A stretch of 64,000 nt of DNA from Mobula hypostoma (Eukaryota). The stretch is from assembly GCF_963921235.1 (NCBI RefSeq), contig NC_086097.1:56546001-56610000 (forward strand). Direction: 5' to 3'. Under the pieces are notes generated by a model that was given only the letters and a program-made list of their open reading frames with translations, did not search any database and was not told where the DNA came from. This document shows, piece by piece, positions 10,726-23,728 of this stretch (within the stretch, counting starts at the first letter, position 1; each line of letters begins with the position of its first letter). The translations under genes and the position numbers were made by a program.

Positions 10726-13537
10726 TTGTCCTTGGATATTGAATTTTCAGGTCCTTTTAGAGCTCCTTTTGTTTTTCTCAAGCGACTGGCTCTTTTTAAT
10801 ACAGACTGCTGGAGCCTCTGTTTAATCTTGTTAAATTTGTTTTGATAAACTCAGGGATCTGTTTTACTTCTATTATTTAAACAGATGTCCAATTAGCTCT
10901 ACTCACAGGGTCCTAGTTTGGAGAATATTACTTCTCACAGTGTCACTCGACTGGTATATTATGAATAAACTCTCATCACCATCTTTATATCAGAGACTGC
11001 CCTTCCTCTGCACTTGAGTTACGATATCGCCAGCACGTTTCATGACATCAGGACCCACACCACCAGGTTCAGAAACAGTTATTACCATTCAACCATCAGG
11101 CTCTTGAACCAAAAGGGGATAACTTCACTCAACTTCACGTGCCCCATCACTGAAATGTTCCCACAACCTATGGATTCACTTTCAAAAACTCTTCATCTCA
11201 TGTTCTCGATGTTTATTGTTTATTTATTTGTTATTATTATTTCTTTCTTTTGCGCATTGGTTAAAGGCCCAAGTTGGAGTGGTCTTTCATTGATTCTACT
11301 ATGATTGCTTTTCTTTTATGGATTTATTGATATCCCCACAAGAAAGTGAATCTCAGGGTTGTATATGGTGACATCTATGTACTTTGATAATAAATTTACT
11401 CTGAACTTTGAACTTTAAAAATGCTAGAGGAACTTAGCAGTTCAGGCAGTCTCTGTGGAGGGAAATAACTAGTCAATATTTTGGGCGGAGACCCTTCATC
11501 ATGTCCTGATCTTGACTTAAGGTTTCCGGCATCTGCAGAATCTCTTGTGTATCTAAATATACAATAAGATTGCAATATGACGATGTGCCACAGAAGAGTT
11601 GTATCTTAATAATAATAATTCTTTCAAATCTATATCAAATTGGGGAAACATGATTAATTGTGATAATCACTAATGCTCAAATTAACTGTCGTTCAGGTCG
11701 AGTGGTCTTAAATATTGTAGCTGCTGAGAAGCTAACAATGGAGGTGGGGTGTGGTGGGGGCTGGTTAATTCTAAGGACTGAGATCAGCACGTTAACAGTC
11801 CTTCAGAAGCAGGCAATAATCACAGTCAGAGGGAAACTAATTAATGCTAGGGGAAACCTCTCAAAACATAAGTACCATCTTACCTAACAGCCACTTCATC
11901 ATTTTATCATATTCTCACAAGGGCCTCTGCTAGATTGCAGACACTTCAGAAAAAAAGGGTCAATTCACTTTCCCATTCATTAGCACTGCGTATTGGTAAC
12001 CATATGAGGGAGCCTTCCGCTGCTCATATGTAATAAAACAGGAATTGTTAAAGCATTCACAGGAGGTACATGTTGCCCAGCCAGCAATAAATGTCCCATT
12101 ATACTTGCCTTTCAGAAAACAGCGGTGAGCTCTCTTCTTGAGCTATTGGAATCCTTGAAGTGAAGATGCTCCCAATGGGACAGAATTCCATATGTAGACC
12201 CAGGATTGTTGATAATTCACAGTGCCACCACTTTAGACTAATCAGTGTTTAATCTGGTGGGTGCACAACCCCTTCCCCATGGAAAGAATGAGGCTCCTGA
12301 AGCAGCATTAAAGCTGCACTCACCTAGCATGTGGAGAGCATTCTCTCACTCTCGTGACTTGCATCCTGCAGAAAGAGGAAAAGAAGTGCCTCTCTTCCTT
12401 CAGAATTTGCATCCTCTCCCACAGCACAAATTTGGCGGATTTCATTAAGTAAATCAGAGAAAAACATTGAATAAAACATGGAATGAGGGATGTACTAGGG
12501 AGAAAAAAAGAACTCAGAGAAATGAAGGAAGAAGGCCACCACTAACAGGAGAAAATCTGTAGATGCTGGAAATCCAAAGCAAAACCCACAAACTGCTGAA
12601 GGAACTCAGCAGGCCAGGCAGTATCTATGGAAAAGAGCAAATAGTCAACATTTCAGCAAATCCTGGGGCAGGGAAAGTCCTGATGAATGGTCTCGGCCTC
12701 AAACATCAACTGTTTACTCTTCTCCATTGATGCTGCCTGGCCTGCTGAGTTCCTTCAGTATTTGGTGTGAAGAATGCCACCAATCAAATTTAAAGCTAAA
12801 ATTTCAATATAACTGATCTCAGCCCTCATTGAATCAGGAATTCAGACTAACCTGTCCTTTAAGAAAATCTTGCAGGAGCAAGTTTGGTACATGAGAAAGG
12901 GTGACACTAAGATATTCTTCTGATTTCCTTTCCCTGCCCCAGGATTTGGGATAAAAAAATTTATTGAAACATTAGCTCTGGTCTTCTCCCCACAGATACT
13001 GCCTGACATTCTGAAACTTCCTAGTATTTTCTGTTCAAATAGAAAATGATTCCCCAAATAACAGTCTGCTTTATTACCACCTAAGTTGGATTCTATAGTG
13101 AGTCACAGAAAGCAGGAAACATGGAGGGACGTGTCACAAGATAGACTGGGGACATCTGGACAGCATCAATGAGAGGAAGCTGAGTCATGTTGTTATACCT
13201 GGAAGCACATGCACTAATGGGCATTACTCTTTCAAACTTTGGATGTAGAATTAATGATGTGACCAAACTGCTCAGCCCACACACCATCTAACATTCCTTC
13301 GTGAGAAAACAAAGAGATTCTCTAATAAGATCACTTGCACAGTGGATGAATGAGCTTTAATTAATTACAAGCTCTTTCCACACTGTTTAATAATACACAA
13401 AACGAGCAAAGGAGTAGTTCATATTTCTCTCATGCTTGCTTTACCTTTCAGCATCATGCCTGACCGAATACTCTAGTTTTCTATTTCATTCCCATTACCC
13501 TCAAATTCCTGACACCAAAAAGTACAGCACATTTATG

Positions 13538-13634
13538 CTACTACTACTACTACTATTACTACTATTACTACTACTACTACTCCTACTACTACTATTACTA
13601 ATACTACTACTAATACTACTACTACTAATACTAC
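13538..13634. repeat. (CTA)n / (TAG)n microsatellite
   Basis: About 32 imperfect CTA units. It explains the poly-Leu ORF at 13436-13744. Confidence 0.95.
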
Positions 13635-15799
13635 GTCAACTCAGGCCTAGGGGGCCGGCGTCGGGCACGATGACAGACTCTCCACCTCTCCCTCTCCCTC
13701 ATTTAAGCAGTTTAGTGCAAACAATCATAGGGCAATTCTTTTAAAAACTTTAAACCTATCTTTCTCCTTATAGTTACTGTTGGCAGTAACTTCCAGCCCA
13801 CAACACCACCTGAGGTATCATTGGGAATATATTACTGATGTTAACGTAGACAAGACACAAGAAGGTTTATTGAGATTAAAGCAAGATTCCTAGGATATTG
13901 AGGATATCTTCACACAGATATTTTAAAGTTTTGAACAGCCAATTAACTTTGTGTTTGAAATATACTCTATAATGTAATACACAGCTCATTCCCAGTCAGC
14001 TTTTACAAAAAATACTATGAAAATTATCTGAAAATATACTTCAGAGGAGTTGATTGAGGGATGTATTAGCTGGAGTACTGTAGATTACATCCCTACACTT
14101 CTTCAACATGGTGTTGTGGAAACTTTTGTATTCCTCTGGGGGAAAGCAGATGGGATTTCAGTTAACCATCCCATCTTAAAGAGGGCATCTCCAGATGATG
14201 CATCGCTGCTGGGCCAGAATGGTCGGTGTCCAGAGAGAGTATGAGGATGAAAAGCATTGTTACATGTATTCCACTCAATTGTTCCTAAGGTCTGTCATCC
14301 ACACCCATTACTCGGCTTTCCACTAAGGCTACAAGTTGATCTCCAGGTGAGAACTTCCTCAGGGAAAACGGCTCCAATCATATCCATAGGTCACTGCACT
14401 GCCAATTCTTAAATCCCTCAAAAGTGATTTGATAACCAATGAAACCGTGACCTTGAGGCTGGACCAGGTATCAAAGAAGTCAAACGAGTTGAGTATTTGG
14501 GAAGTGTTGAATAAAAATCTAAAAACAATTTTTAAAACTGAAAACACTAAAAAGCTGATAAAACCCTCAAAATAGCTAAATTAAGTTTAAATAAATCAAA
14601 TCAATTAAAAGGAAGTATGTGCTCAGAAATTTAGCTTTCTCCCACATGTCCATTCCTCTCCATTGAAATGATCCTGTGTTTGATTTCCCATCTGGGAAAC
14701 TGCAAGAAGTTTTTCCTCTACTGCTGGATTCTACGAGAAGGTTACACACCAAGTCCCAAGTTTCCTCACAGAGATACAGCTACATACATAAAAGTCCAAA
14801 TCTTTTAATGAGATTTTCAGCCAGAGTTTATTCTGAGATTTTTTTTAACTTTGGAACCATAAGATAATTCAACAGTATTAATCATTGGTCTACTCAGTTC
14901 AGTAATGCATCATGAATGTGTGATTTATAAAATGTCAATAACAATTTTGAAATGTTGGATTTTATTGTGACATAAATATTCAAGAACTTCAATACACCTT
15001 ATAGAATTCAGTTCAATTCAATAAATTAGTCACAGAATGAGAAAAAGGCCTCTCGATAAAATTGCTTGCCGATATAAATTAATCATGGCTAGTCTGCCTT
15101 TAAAGAGTTTGTAGTTTGAAATATGTGTTTGTATATTTCACTTCAATGTTACTAAAGATTCTGCATTTGATTACTTCCTGCTGGTTTGAAGTTCTGCTTC
15201 CCTGCATTGCAAAGCCAGCTTCCCACAACAACGTTAACATTTATGACTTCACTTACAGCAAACCTTGTTGGAATTGCCGATCTTATTCTTACAATAACAT
15301 ATAGTTAAGTCCTGAATTTCTACAGCAGAGTCTATGGTGTGGAACCCAACAATTGTCGTGCTCCAACACACTGAAACTAATGCACAGAAACCCCATCTGA
15401 AGTGAAGTGTGAGTTGGTGAGTTCTCCCCAACTCACCAGCTCACAGCTCACTCTCCAGATCATTAATGCGTCATGAGGCTTGAGAGGAATCTAGAATTAT
15501 ACAGAGGAGAACAAAAGATTGATTGAAAGGGGGAGACATAGTATAAGAGTAAAACTTCTAGGGAACAAAAAAAAACAACTGTAGTAGTTTCTGTAAATAT
15601 GTGAAAACACTTAACTGGCCAAAAGGTCAGAGAAAGCAAATTATATGAAAACAAAGAAATTGCTCTGTCTTCAAAATAGAGCACAAATACCTTCCAAATC
15701 AAGGATCTAGTGAGAGGGAAGAACTAATATAAATGAGTAACTGTAAAGAAATAGGGCTCAGAAATGAATGGAGCTGAACGGCAAGAAATTCCAAAAGCC

Positions 15800-16774
15800 T
15801 GACAATCTACATCATAGAATGCTAAAAGAAACTAGTCAGGAAAATTGTCGGTCATCTTTTAATTCTCGAGTTCTTTAAACTCTTGACCAGATCCTACAGA
15901 CAGAAAGGTGGTAAATGTAATGCTGTAGCACTATTTTAAAAAAGGAAAGAATGAAAAATAATTCACACATTACTGAGCCTTACATCATCAGTGGAGAGAA
16001 TGCTCGTGCCTATTGTGAAAGAAAGGAAAGCATTAGGCAAAGTCATTCAGCATGGATTTACAAAAGAGAAATCATGCCTGACAACTCTACTCTCTTTTGA
16101 GATTGTAACCGCAGACATTCCACCTCTCCCGGAAGTTCCCAGAGTCTCCCGCATATTGATAGCGGCTCCCTAACGCCCGCAAATTATATACAATATCCCG
16201 GAAATCAATTTTTTTGAGAGCAAGCAAGAGAGAGGGGGGGGAGAGAGAGAGAGAGAGACAGAGAGAGCAAGTGACAGACGTAGCAAGAGAGTGACAGAGA
16301 GAGCATCCTGATTGGTCTCTCTTTGTGCTAAGTAGACACCTATCAGTTTTCTCTGTGGGGGGGCTTTACAATCGACATCTCTCTCTTTCATTGTCCATCA
16401 GTTCAGTTTAGTGTCCTGCAGCGCCATGGCAGAATGTTCCAAAAAAAGAAAATATAAAATGTACTTCACCCCAGACTACACTAAAGTGTACCCCCGCCTA
16501 ACAGGGGTCAAAAATAATGACAGTGTTGCTCGCTGCACTGTTTTGCAACAGTGACTTTTCTATTGCCCATGGTGGGTTACGACTGTAAAAGACATGCTGA
16601 GGTGAGTTTAACAGGTGTCATTTGTTCATTAGCATAGCTAACGTTATTTAAACTAGCTGGCCAGCTGCTAAGGAGCTACTCTATTGATGTCCTACGTGAT
16701 GAGGCCAAACTCCCTGAAAAGCTATTAGATTAGCATTTAACTATTGAGACTGCCAACAAAATACTCAACAAGGA

Positions 16775-16818
<44 letters not shown>

Positions 16819-17770
16819 AGTTTCAATATGTAATCAAATAAATTGCTGTGTTCTTTCATAATCAAATGTCCTGAATACATACACCCTCGGAGGTCAACCC
16901 AGGGGAGGAGGGAGGGTGGTGGTGCTACCTCCCTGAAATGAGTTTTTGCAGGGTGAGATGTCTGTAACTGGTAGAAAATAAGAGAAACCCAGTGAAGGTA
17001 ATGTACTTGGACTTTCACAAGGCTTTACATAGGGTCCGTAACAAAAGGATTGGGTGTAAAATTAAATCACATGAGACGAGGGGGTAATTACACTGGCATA
17101 AACTGTTACAGGGATCAGGCTCAGCTAATCTTAATATATACCCACAAGTTGGGTAAGTGAATGTAACATCTCCAAATCTGCAAAGGACGCAAGGCCCAGG
17201 GGAGTAATGCAAGCTGTGAGGAGGATGCAAAGAGGCTCCAAAGTGTTTTGGATATGTTGAGTGAGTGGACAAATGCATGGCAGATGCAGTTTAAATGATA
17301 AGTGTGAGTATTCACTTGGTTCTGAAAACAAAAAGATACATTATTATATGAAATGGTGATAGATTAGGAAAAGGGAGTTGCAACAAGACTTGGTTGTCCT
17401 TGAACATCATTTGCTGAAAGCAGATTTTCAAGGGCAGCAGAAGATTAGGAAGGGGAATGGTATGTTGACCTTCACTGCAAGAGGATATGAGTACAGCAGT
17501 AACAATATCTTGCTGCAGCTGTACAGGCCCGTAGTGACGACAGGAGAAATGCTTTTATCCGCAGAGTGCCAAACCTGTAGAATTTTCTACCACAGGGAGA
17601 CCGAGACATCAAATACATTCAAAAAGAGTGTAAAAGGGATAAGGGTTGAAAGCAGGAACTGGATGCTGAAGTGGATAATCAGCCTACAATACATTAAATG
17701 GTGGAGTAGGTCCAAAAGACCAAATAGCCTACTCCGACTCCTGTTTTCCAAGTTTTTTGTTTTTCTGACA
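15800..17770 (+). mobile_element. Old CR1 RT remnant split by a hAT insertion
   Basis: QHGFTKEKSCLT lies before the insert and the YLDF-like segment resumes at about 16970. The CR1 3' end is at about 17760. Confidence 0.75.
16112..16964 (+). mobile_element. Non-autonomous hAT-like element with a BED-finger exon remnant
   Basis: TIRs CAGACATTCCACC and GGTGAGATGTCTG. Flanks TGTAACCG / TGTAACTG. The internal MAECSKKRKYKMYF...ARCTV/CNSDFSIAHGG..DCKRH is followed by a GTGAG donor. Confidence 0.75.
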
Positions 17771-20700
17771 TCATAGAAACTAGCAGCAAGTTTGCCTCAC
17801 CCGAGAGCAACGGTTATGGTTGCTGTTACTGCTGCAGTCTCAGACACATAACTGAAGGACAACAATGAGCCGACAGGACACCGGCCACAGGCATCAGGTT
17901 GTTATCAGATTTAGTGCAAGGAGGGGACACTAATGATTCCTAGCTTCACAGACAAGTAAATAATGCTTTTAGGCCCTAAACATTTGCTGAATTGGTTGAG
18001 CAAACCAAGTATCAATTGGAATGCTAAAACTAATTTTAATTATTTTACTTCAGGCAGCAAAGCAATCGCCAATGGTTCCATGTCTGAATGGTGTTCAGTT
18101 GTTGGAATAAAGAACATACAGACTACAATACCTTCCATAATCAAACATCTACCGAGTCAGCAAGTGGTGCATGTAAATAACCAGTTGGCTGAGGTACCAG
18201 GGACCAACCTGCGCTCATGAAACGATACCCTACAGAAGAAAAATATCTGTAGACAGAGGAGAAAAGGTATTGTAATGAGAAAGAAGTACATAAAATTTGA
18301 AATGTACCCATATAATTTTTATCCTATTTACCTCTGAACCTAAGAGTTGTCCTTGTGTCTGCAATAAAATTATCCAATAATTTCCTTGAAATCAGACTGG
18401 TTTAGAACAATGATCTGTGCTGACATTTTTTGTCAATAGATTGCACAATCGTCAATAAAAGGAACATCTGCAGAAGAACCAAAGAGCTGTCCAACTAATC
18501 AGTGGTTAGTATTTGCATTGTGAACGATAAAAAATATTTAATACAACTAAACTACATTGGCAATATAATATAGAAATTAGATTAATTGTTCTATATTAAT
18601 TACATTTAGACAGCGGATAAATCACAGTTAAATCTTATGTACCCGATGAACCGAACAGCACAGTTCAATTTAAAACTGGAATGAAATTGAACTGATAAGA
18701 CTGCACTGTTAGTTACATTGAAGACCAGTCTCTCAGATATTAAATTGAAATGGATAATGCAAACATTATTAAATACAAAGGCAGATTATTTTTTTCCCAA
18801 TCGTAATGTGCTATTGTACTCTGATCATTGGCTTTAAATGTTACATTAATGAGCTTAAATGAATGCCAGGGACTACAAGAACAGAGCTTATTGTGGAACT
18901 AGCATATTTATTGTTTTGTAACATTCAGATTGTCAAATAAATTTGAAAATTATTTCAAAAACATCTGCATTTATCAGTGAAAGTTATTGCTCCCTAAAGT
19001 TCTGCTTCGGCTTTCAACTTTGCCCTTGTATTTCCAATTGGCATTGAGGTAAGTTATCAAAAGATCAGATTGCTAACAAGGGTAAAAAGGGTGAAGAACT
19101 CAATTCTGAAGCAGGATTTTGGTTGTACTCATATGAAGAGAAAGAATAAATTATAATTATTTTTATCTGTGTCCTTTCATGTAATAATATATGCAATATT
19201 TAATATTACTTCACAGAGCGAGTGGACTACCTGAAGTGGTATTAGGTAGCTCATTACCTAATCTCTATATTTCTGACTCTGGGGAGTAGTATCAGTCCCC
19301 GGAAAAGCCAGATTCTTCATATCCTCAGTAATACATTCTCTACTCTCAGAAACAGCTTACTGCTGTGCTACTTGGTTTCTGATATACTCAAAATTTTTCA
19401 GTACTTATTTCTAGATGGGACAAATGTTAGTATTAGCAAGCAGTGGTACACAGAGTCAGTGCATGTCTGTATATAAATCCATGTGTCAGTGTCCACAATT
19501 TCCTGTAGAATTATCGAACGGACGCAGTCTGAATTTTGCTCAACAATACATCTACTTGTACCTCACATGGGTTTTTGCTAGAAAGCATTTGCATTTTAAT
19601 GTGCACTTCACTCCAAGGTGCTCGCACAGTCAATTTAACTGAGTTATGAATTCATTGTGGACAGCCAGATCTGCAGGTTCATTTCAAGCTGGAATACTGC
19701 TACCCTATGAATAATGGTTCCCCCAGAAGAATCCAGGTCATGTGCTGCAATTTGAGTTAGACGGAGGACCCAACATCTGTTTCAGGATACCCCTTCTAAA
19801 TATTACTGTGTGAAATTACCATAATCTACTTATAGTCGCTTCAGACATGAGACAGTCAAACAGTTGCTGTAAAAAAAAGGAAAGTAACATTCATATTAAA
19901 AAATACTCTTTTTGTGGAGTTAGCAGGAGAGCATTTTCTGATCCCACATTAGGTTATAGGTTGCTAACTACCATGTCTTGTCTCCCAAATCCTTGTCTGT
20001 CTCAACATCCCGATCTCCAACCCATAGTCTCCGGGCAGTCTCCCCATTTTGACCTGCTTGTGGAATCAGCTGGCCTTGAGCAGAGGAACACTGGGGCCTC
20101 CAAGGCCAGTACGTCAACTGTCTATTGAGGTCTTCTCACCAACCACTTCAGATCAACTACACGATGGGCATAACCCACTTTCAAGGCCAGTGAATTCAAG
20201 GGAATTTCATTTGGCACATCATTACTTCTGGAGTAATATGTCTTGAAATTTCTATTTATTTCTCTGTGGCAGGTACTATGTCTACTTAAGGTCCTGTTTG
20301 TAATCAGATTGAAAGGGAAAATTTCAATAAAGCATGTCTTTCCTGGCCCTTAGTCTGAATTTATTACTGGCACTGACAGCTGAGATTTTACTAAATTTGC
20401 AGGAAATTCTATTCTTGCCTATGTAATTTTGGCTGATTCTTTTGACAGAAAGATCAATTTTAACTGTTAAATTGTTTGTGTAATCATCTCATAGTGAAAT
20501 GCTGGGTCACATGTGATTATTTCTGTATGAGAATCTCTGTGAAGACAACAGAATCCACTTACACATAATACAATATTACATTTAATGAGTGAAGGTAGGT
20601 ACATAAAAATTGATTTTCTGAGCGCACAAGAATGAGTGACGTATGTAAAGGAACTATGTCCCAGTCTATCAGATAACAAGCTATTCAATCCGAAACAAAT

Positions 20701-21566
20701 CCAGCCTGGATGCTCAAGCAATTTCTTTTCATCTTCCATAATAATCTGCTTGACAAATCACACTAAATATCAAATGTGGGGTACAAATGTGAACTTTGAA
20801 AGGGTACAGACAGGAGTTAAGAGATCATTATCCTGTTATACGACAATGGTTGTTCAATGGTAAGATTAAACAACTCAAAATCATGAGACTTGGCTCATGA
20901 TATAGAAAGTTTCAATTTCAAAGATTTTAAAGTTATATAAACTACACCAATAAAATGTCTCAGCTGTGGTACACTATTGGATTAATGGGATTACCCAGCT
21001 GTTTTAGCCCGGTCTCTTTAGAGAGGAAAATCTGCCATGTTTACCCAGGTTGATCTGTAAATGACTTCAAGCACAAAATAACAAGACTGATTTAAAATGC
21101 CAGGAAAGAGTAACTTCTAGGAATTACCCCACCATTTATTCTGCACCTTCAAAATCTTGTGGCATCGGGCCAAACAATGCTAACAAAATCTCCCACTGAT
21201 CCATGATTACTATCTCCTGCTCCCCCTCAGCAAATTAATCATCACTCTTTCATATCGAACCCCACTTGGGAGAAACTGTAGGGTCAGAACAGCACAAAAT
21301 GTAGTCTGGGTGAGACTTATACACTGTTCATTGCCAAGAACAGTGTAGCAGCAGCAATAATCTGAGGTGCTAGTTTAGTTTCTTCTACAACCAGCTGACA
21401 TCTACACAAAGCGCTGTCACAGGAAAGCAGCACCTACTATCAAGGACCCCCACCACCCAGGGTCATGCTCTCTTCTCACTGCTGCCTTCAGGAAGAAGGT
21501 ACAGGAGTCTCAGGACTCACAGCACCAGGTTCAGGACCCCTCAACTTTCAGGCTCTTAAAGCAAAG

Positions 21567-21913
21567 TGTTGCAAGGACGTGGCTGGGGACGAACCCAAGT
21601 GCAGGACACAGATGCTGAGGCAGAGTCGTTAGGCGTAGCCCCTTCGCGAACAGGGAGTCAATACCCAGGAGACGATGCGAAGCTTAGAACTAACAGTTCT
21701 CAGGAATAGGAAACAGGGTATGCTCTCACAAGAGTCGACCAACGAACTGGCGGCTTCTTGCTGTGGTCGCAGGGTTTTTATCCTGCCGTTTGATGGGAAG
21801 CAGGTGTGTGTAGTTAGTGGTACTTGGGAATGATTGGAATCTAAATGAGGTGATCGAGGCCCAAATGTTGAGGCAAATGGCAAGGTGGGGGATTGCCAGA
21901 CGGGACCATGACA
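21567..21913 (-). mobile_element. Solo LTR (347 bp) nested in a Rex-like LINE
   Basis: TGT...ACA termini with a perfect 5-bp TSD CAAAG (21562-21566 and 21914-21918). The host LINE sequence rejoins across it. Strand inferred from TATA-like and CACCTG motifs. Confidence 0.85.
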
Positions 21914-22849
21914 CAAAGGGGATAACTTCACTTAACTTGGCTTGCCTCATCTTTGAAATGTTCCCACAACCTATGGGCTCACTTTCAAGGACTCTCCTTC
22001 TCAATGCTCTCAATATTTATTGTTTATTTATTTATTATTATTATTATTATTATTTCTTTTGTATTTGCACAGTTTGTACATTCTTAGAACACCCAGATTG
22101 GTGCAGTCTTTCACTTACTCTATTATGGATTTATTGAGTATGCCCACAAGAAAACAAATCTGAGGGTTGTATATGGTGACATACATGTACTTTGAAAATA
22201 AATTTACTTTTTACTTTGAATGCAACTTCTAGCATTGTCCTGCTCCAAACATGTAGCTGGATTCCAAACGAGACTGACCTAGATAACCAAGTAGCATTTG
22301 GCCACAAGTGGTATTATGGAGCCCTCATAAAATTAATAATTAGGGCTTAAAATCTCATCTGGATCAAGTCATAACTTACACAAAGGGACAGTGGTTTTAG
22401 CTGCTTGATCATTCAGCTCATCATTTGTAACTGAACTTCAATTATTATTTTGAAAGGGAGATTACACTAAGTTCCTCATTCCAATATATAACGGTTTAGG
22501 GCTCTATTTTACAAATACTTCGGGGTTTATAAATGAATCATCTAATTTATCTGCTTCTTTATGCCTCACAAAAACAACTAACAGCAAGAAGGAACTTTAG
22601 GACATTCTTTTCATGCCAGATCCCACCATGCATAAGTATCTAAGATAGGGTGGTCACAATAATCTTCAGGAATAACTACTGATTGGCCCATTCAATATTC
22701 ATTACACCAAGACAGGCAACCATTCATTCAGTCTGTACAACAAATGGGCATGTTCTTTAAAGCAAAAAGCATCTTGGAAGTTGGAAATGCCATCATTAGG
22801 ACAAATGTTACATTATGGAAATACCTGAACAGGTGCAGCTATAGTACAA

Positions 22850-23480
22850 TTAGGACTGCATCACGGGCTGGTATGGAAACACCATTGTTCGTGAACAGAA
22901 AATCCTACAAAAAGTAATTGATATGGCCCAGTCCATCACGGGTAAAGCCCTCTCCTTCACTGAGGACATCTACATGTTGCAGGAAAGCAGCATCCATCAT
23001 TAGGGACCCAAACTACCCAGGTCATGCTCTCTTTCCGCTTCTGCCAAGAGGAAGACAGCACAGGAACCTCAGGACTCATACCACCAGGTTCAGGAACAGT
23101 TATTACTGCTCGACCATAAAGCTCTTAAACCAGAAGGGATAACTTCACTCAGCTTCACATGGTCCATCACTCAACTGTTCCCACAACCTATGGACTCACT
23201 TCCAAGGACTCTTCATCTCATGTTCTCGATAATTATTGCTTATTTGTATATTTCTGGTATTATTAATATTTATTTTTTTCTTTCATTTTGTATTTGCAGT
23301 TTGTTGTCTTTTAGACACCGGTTGTCTGCCCTGTTGGTGCAGTCTTTCATTGATTCTGTTACGGTTATTGGATCTATTGAGTATGCTCACAAGAAAATGA
23401 ATCTCGGGGTTGTATATGGGTAACATATATGTACTTTGATAATACATACACGTTGAATTTGGAACTTTTGAATTTTGAAC
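22850..23480 (+). mobile_element. 3' end of a Rex1/Babar-like LINE
   Basis: KAASIIRDPNYPGHALFPLLPRGRQHRNLRTHTTRFRNSYY, plus the shared 3' UTR. Confidence 0.78.
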
Positions 23481-23728
23481 GTTAAAGTGTAAGCTTTCAA
23501 AACCATATTCAACCTCCTTAGCTGACATTTCTGAATGAAAACCGCCATAGTCATCGCATTGTCTGCAAAATCTCAAGCTTGGAGACCACCAGAAGTTGGG
23601 GGACAGTATCAAAGCCAATAAAGGATAAGCAATAAATATTAGCCTTGCCAGCAGTGTCCATACTCTGATTTATTTTGCAAATTGAAAGGGTAATCTGAAC
23701 ATTAACACAAAACATACATATTCATAAG

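Noticed and set aside
10449..10845. Three overlapping Ser/Pro/Leu-rich ORFs; superficially CRISPR-like repeats
   Set aside because: Degenerate minisatellite with no unique spacers and no cas genes, in a eukaryotic context.
12001..12030. Inverted repeat CATATGAG...CTCATATG
   Set aside because: An 8-bp stem is too short for a pre-miRNA and is expected by chance in 64 kb.
13436..13744. Poly-leucine ORF resembling a signal or transmembrane peptide
   Set aside because: Translation artefact of the (CTA)n microsatellite.
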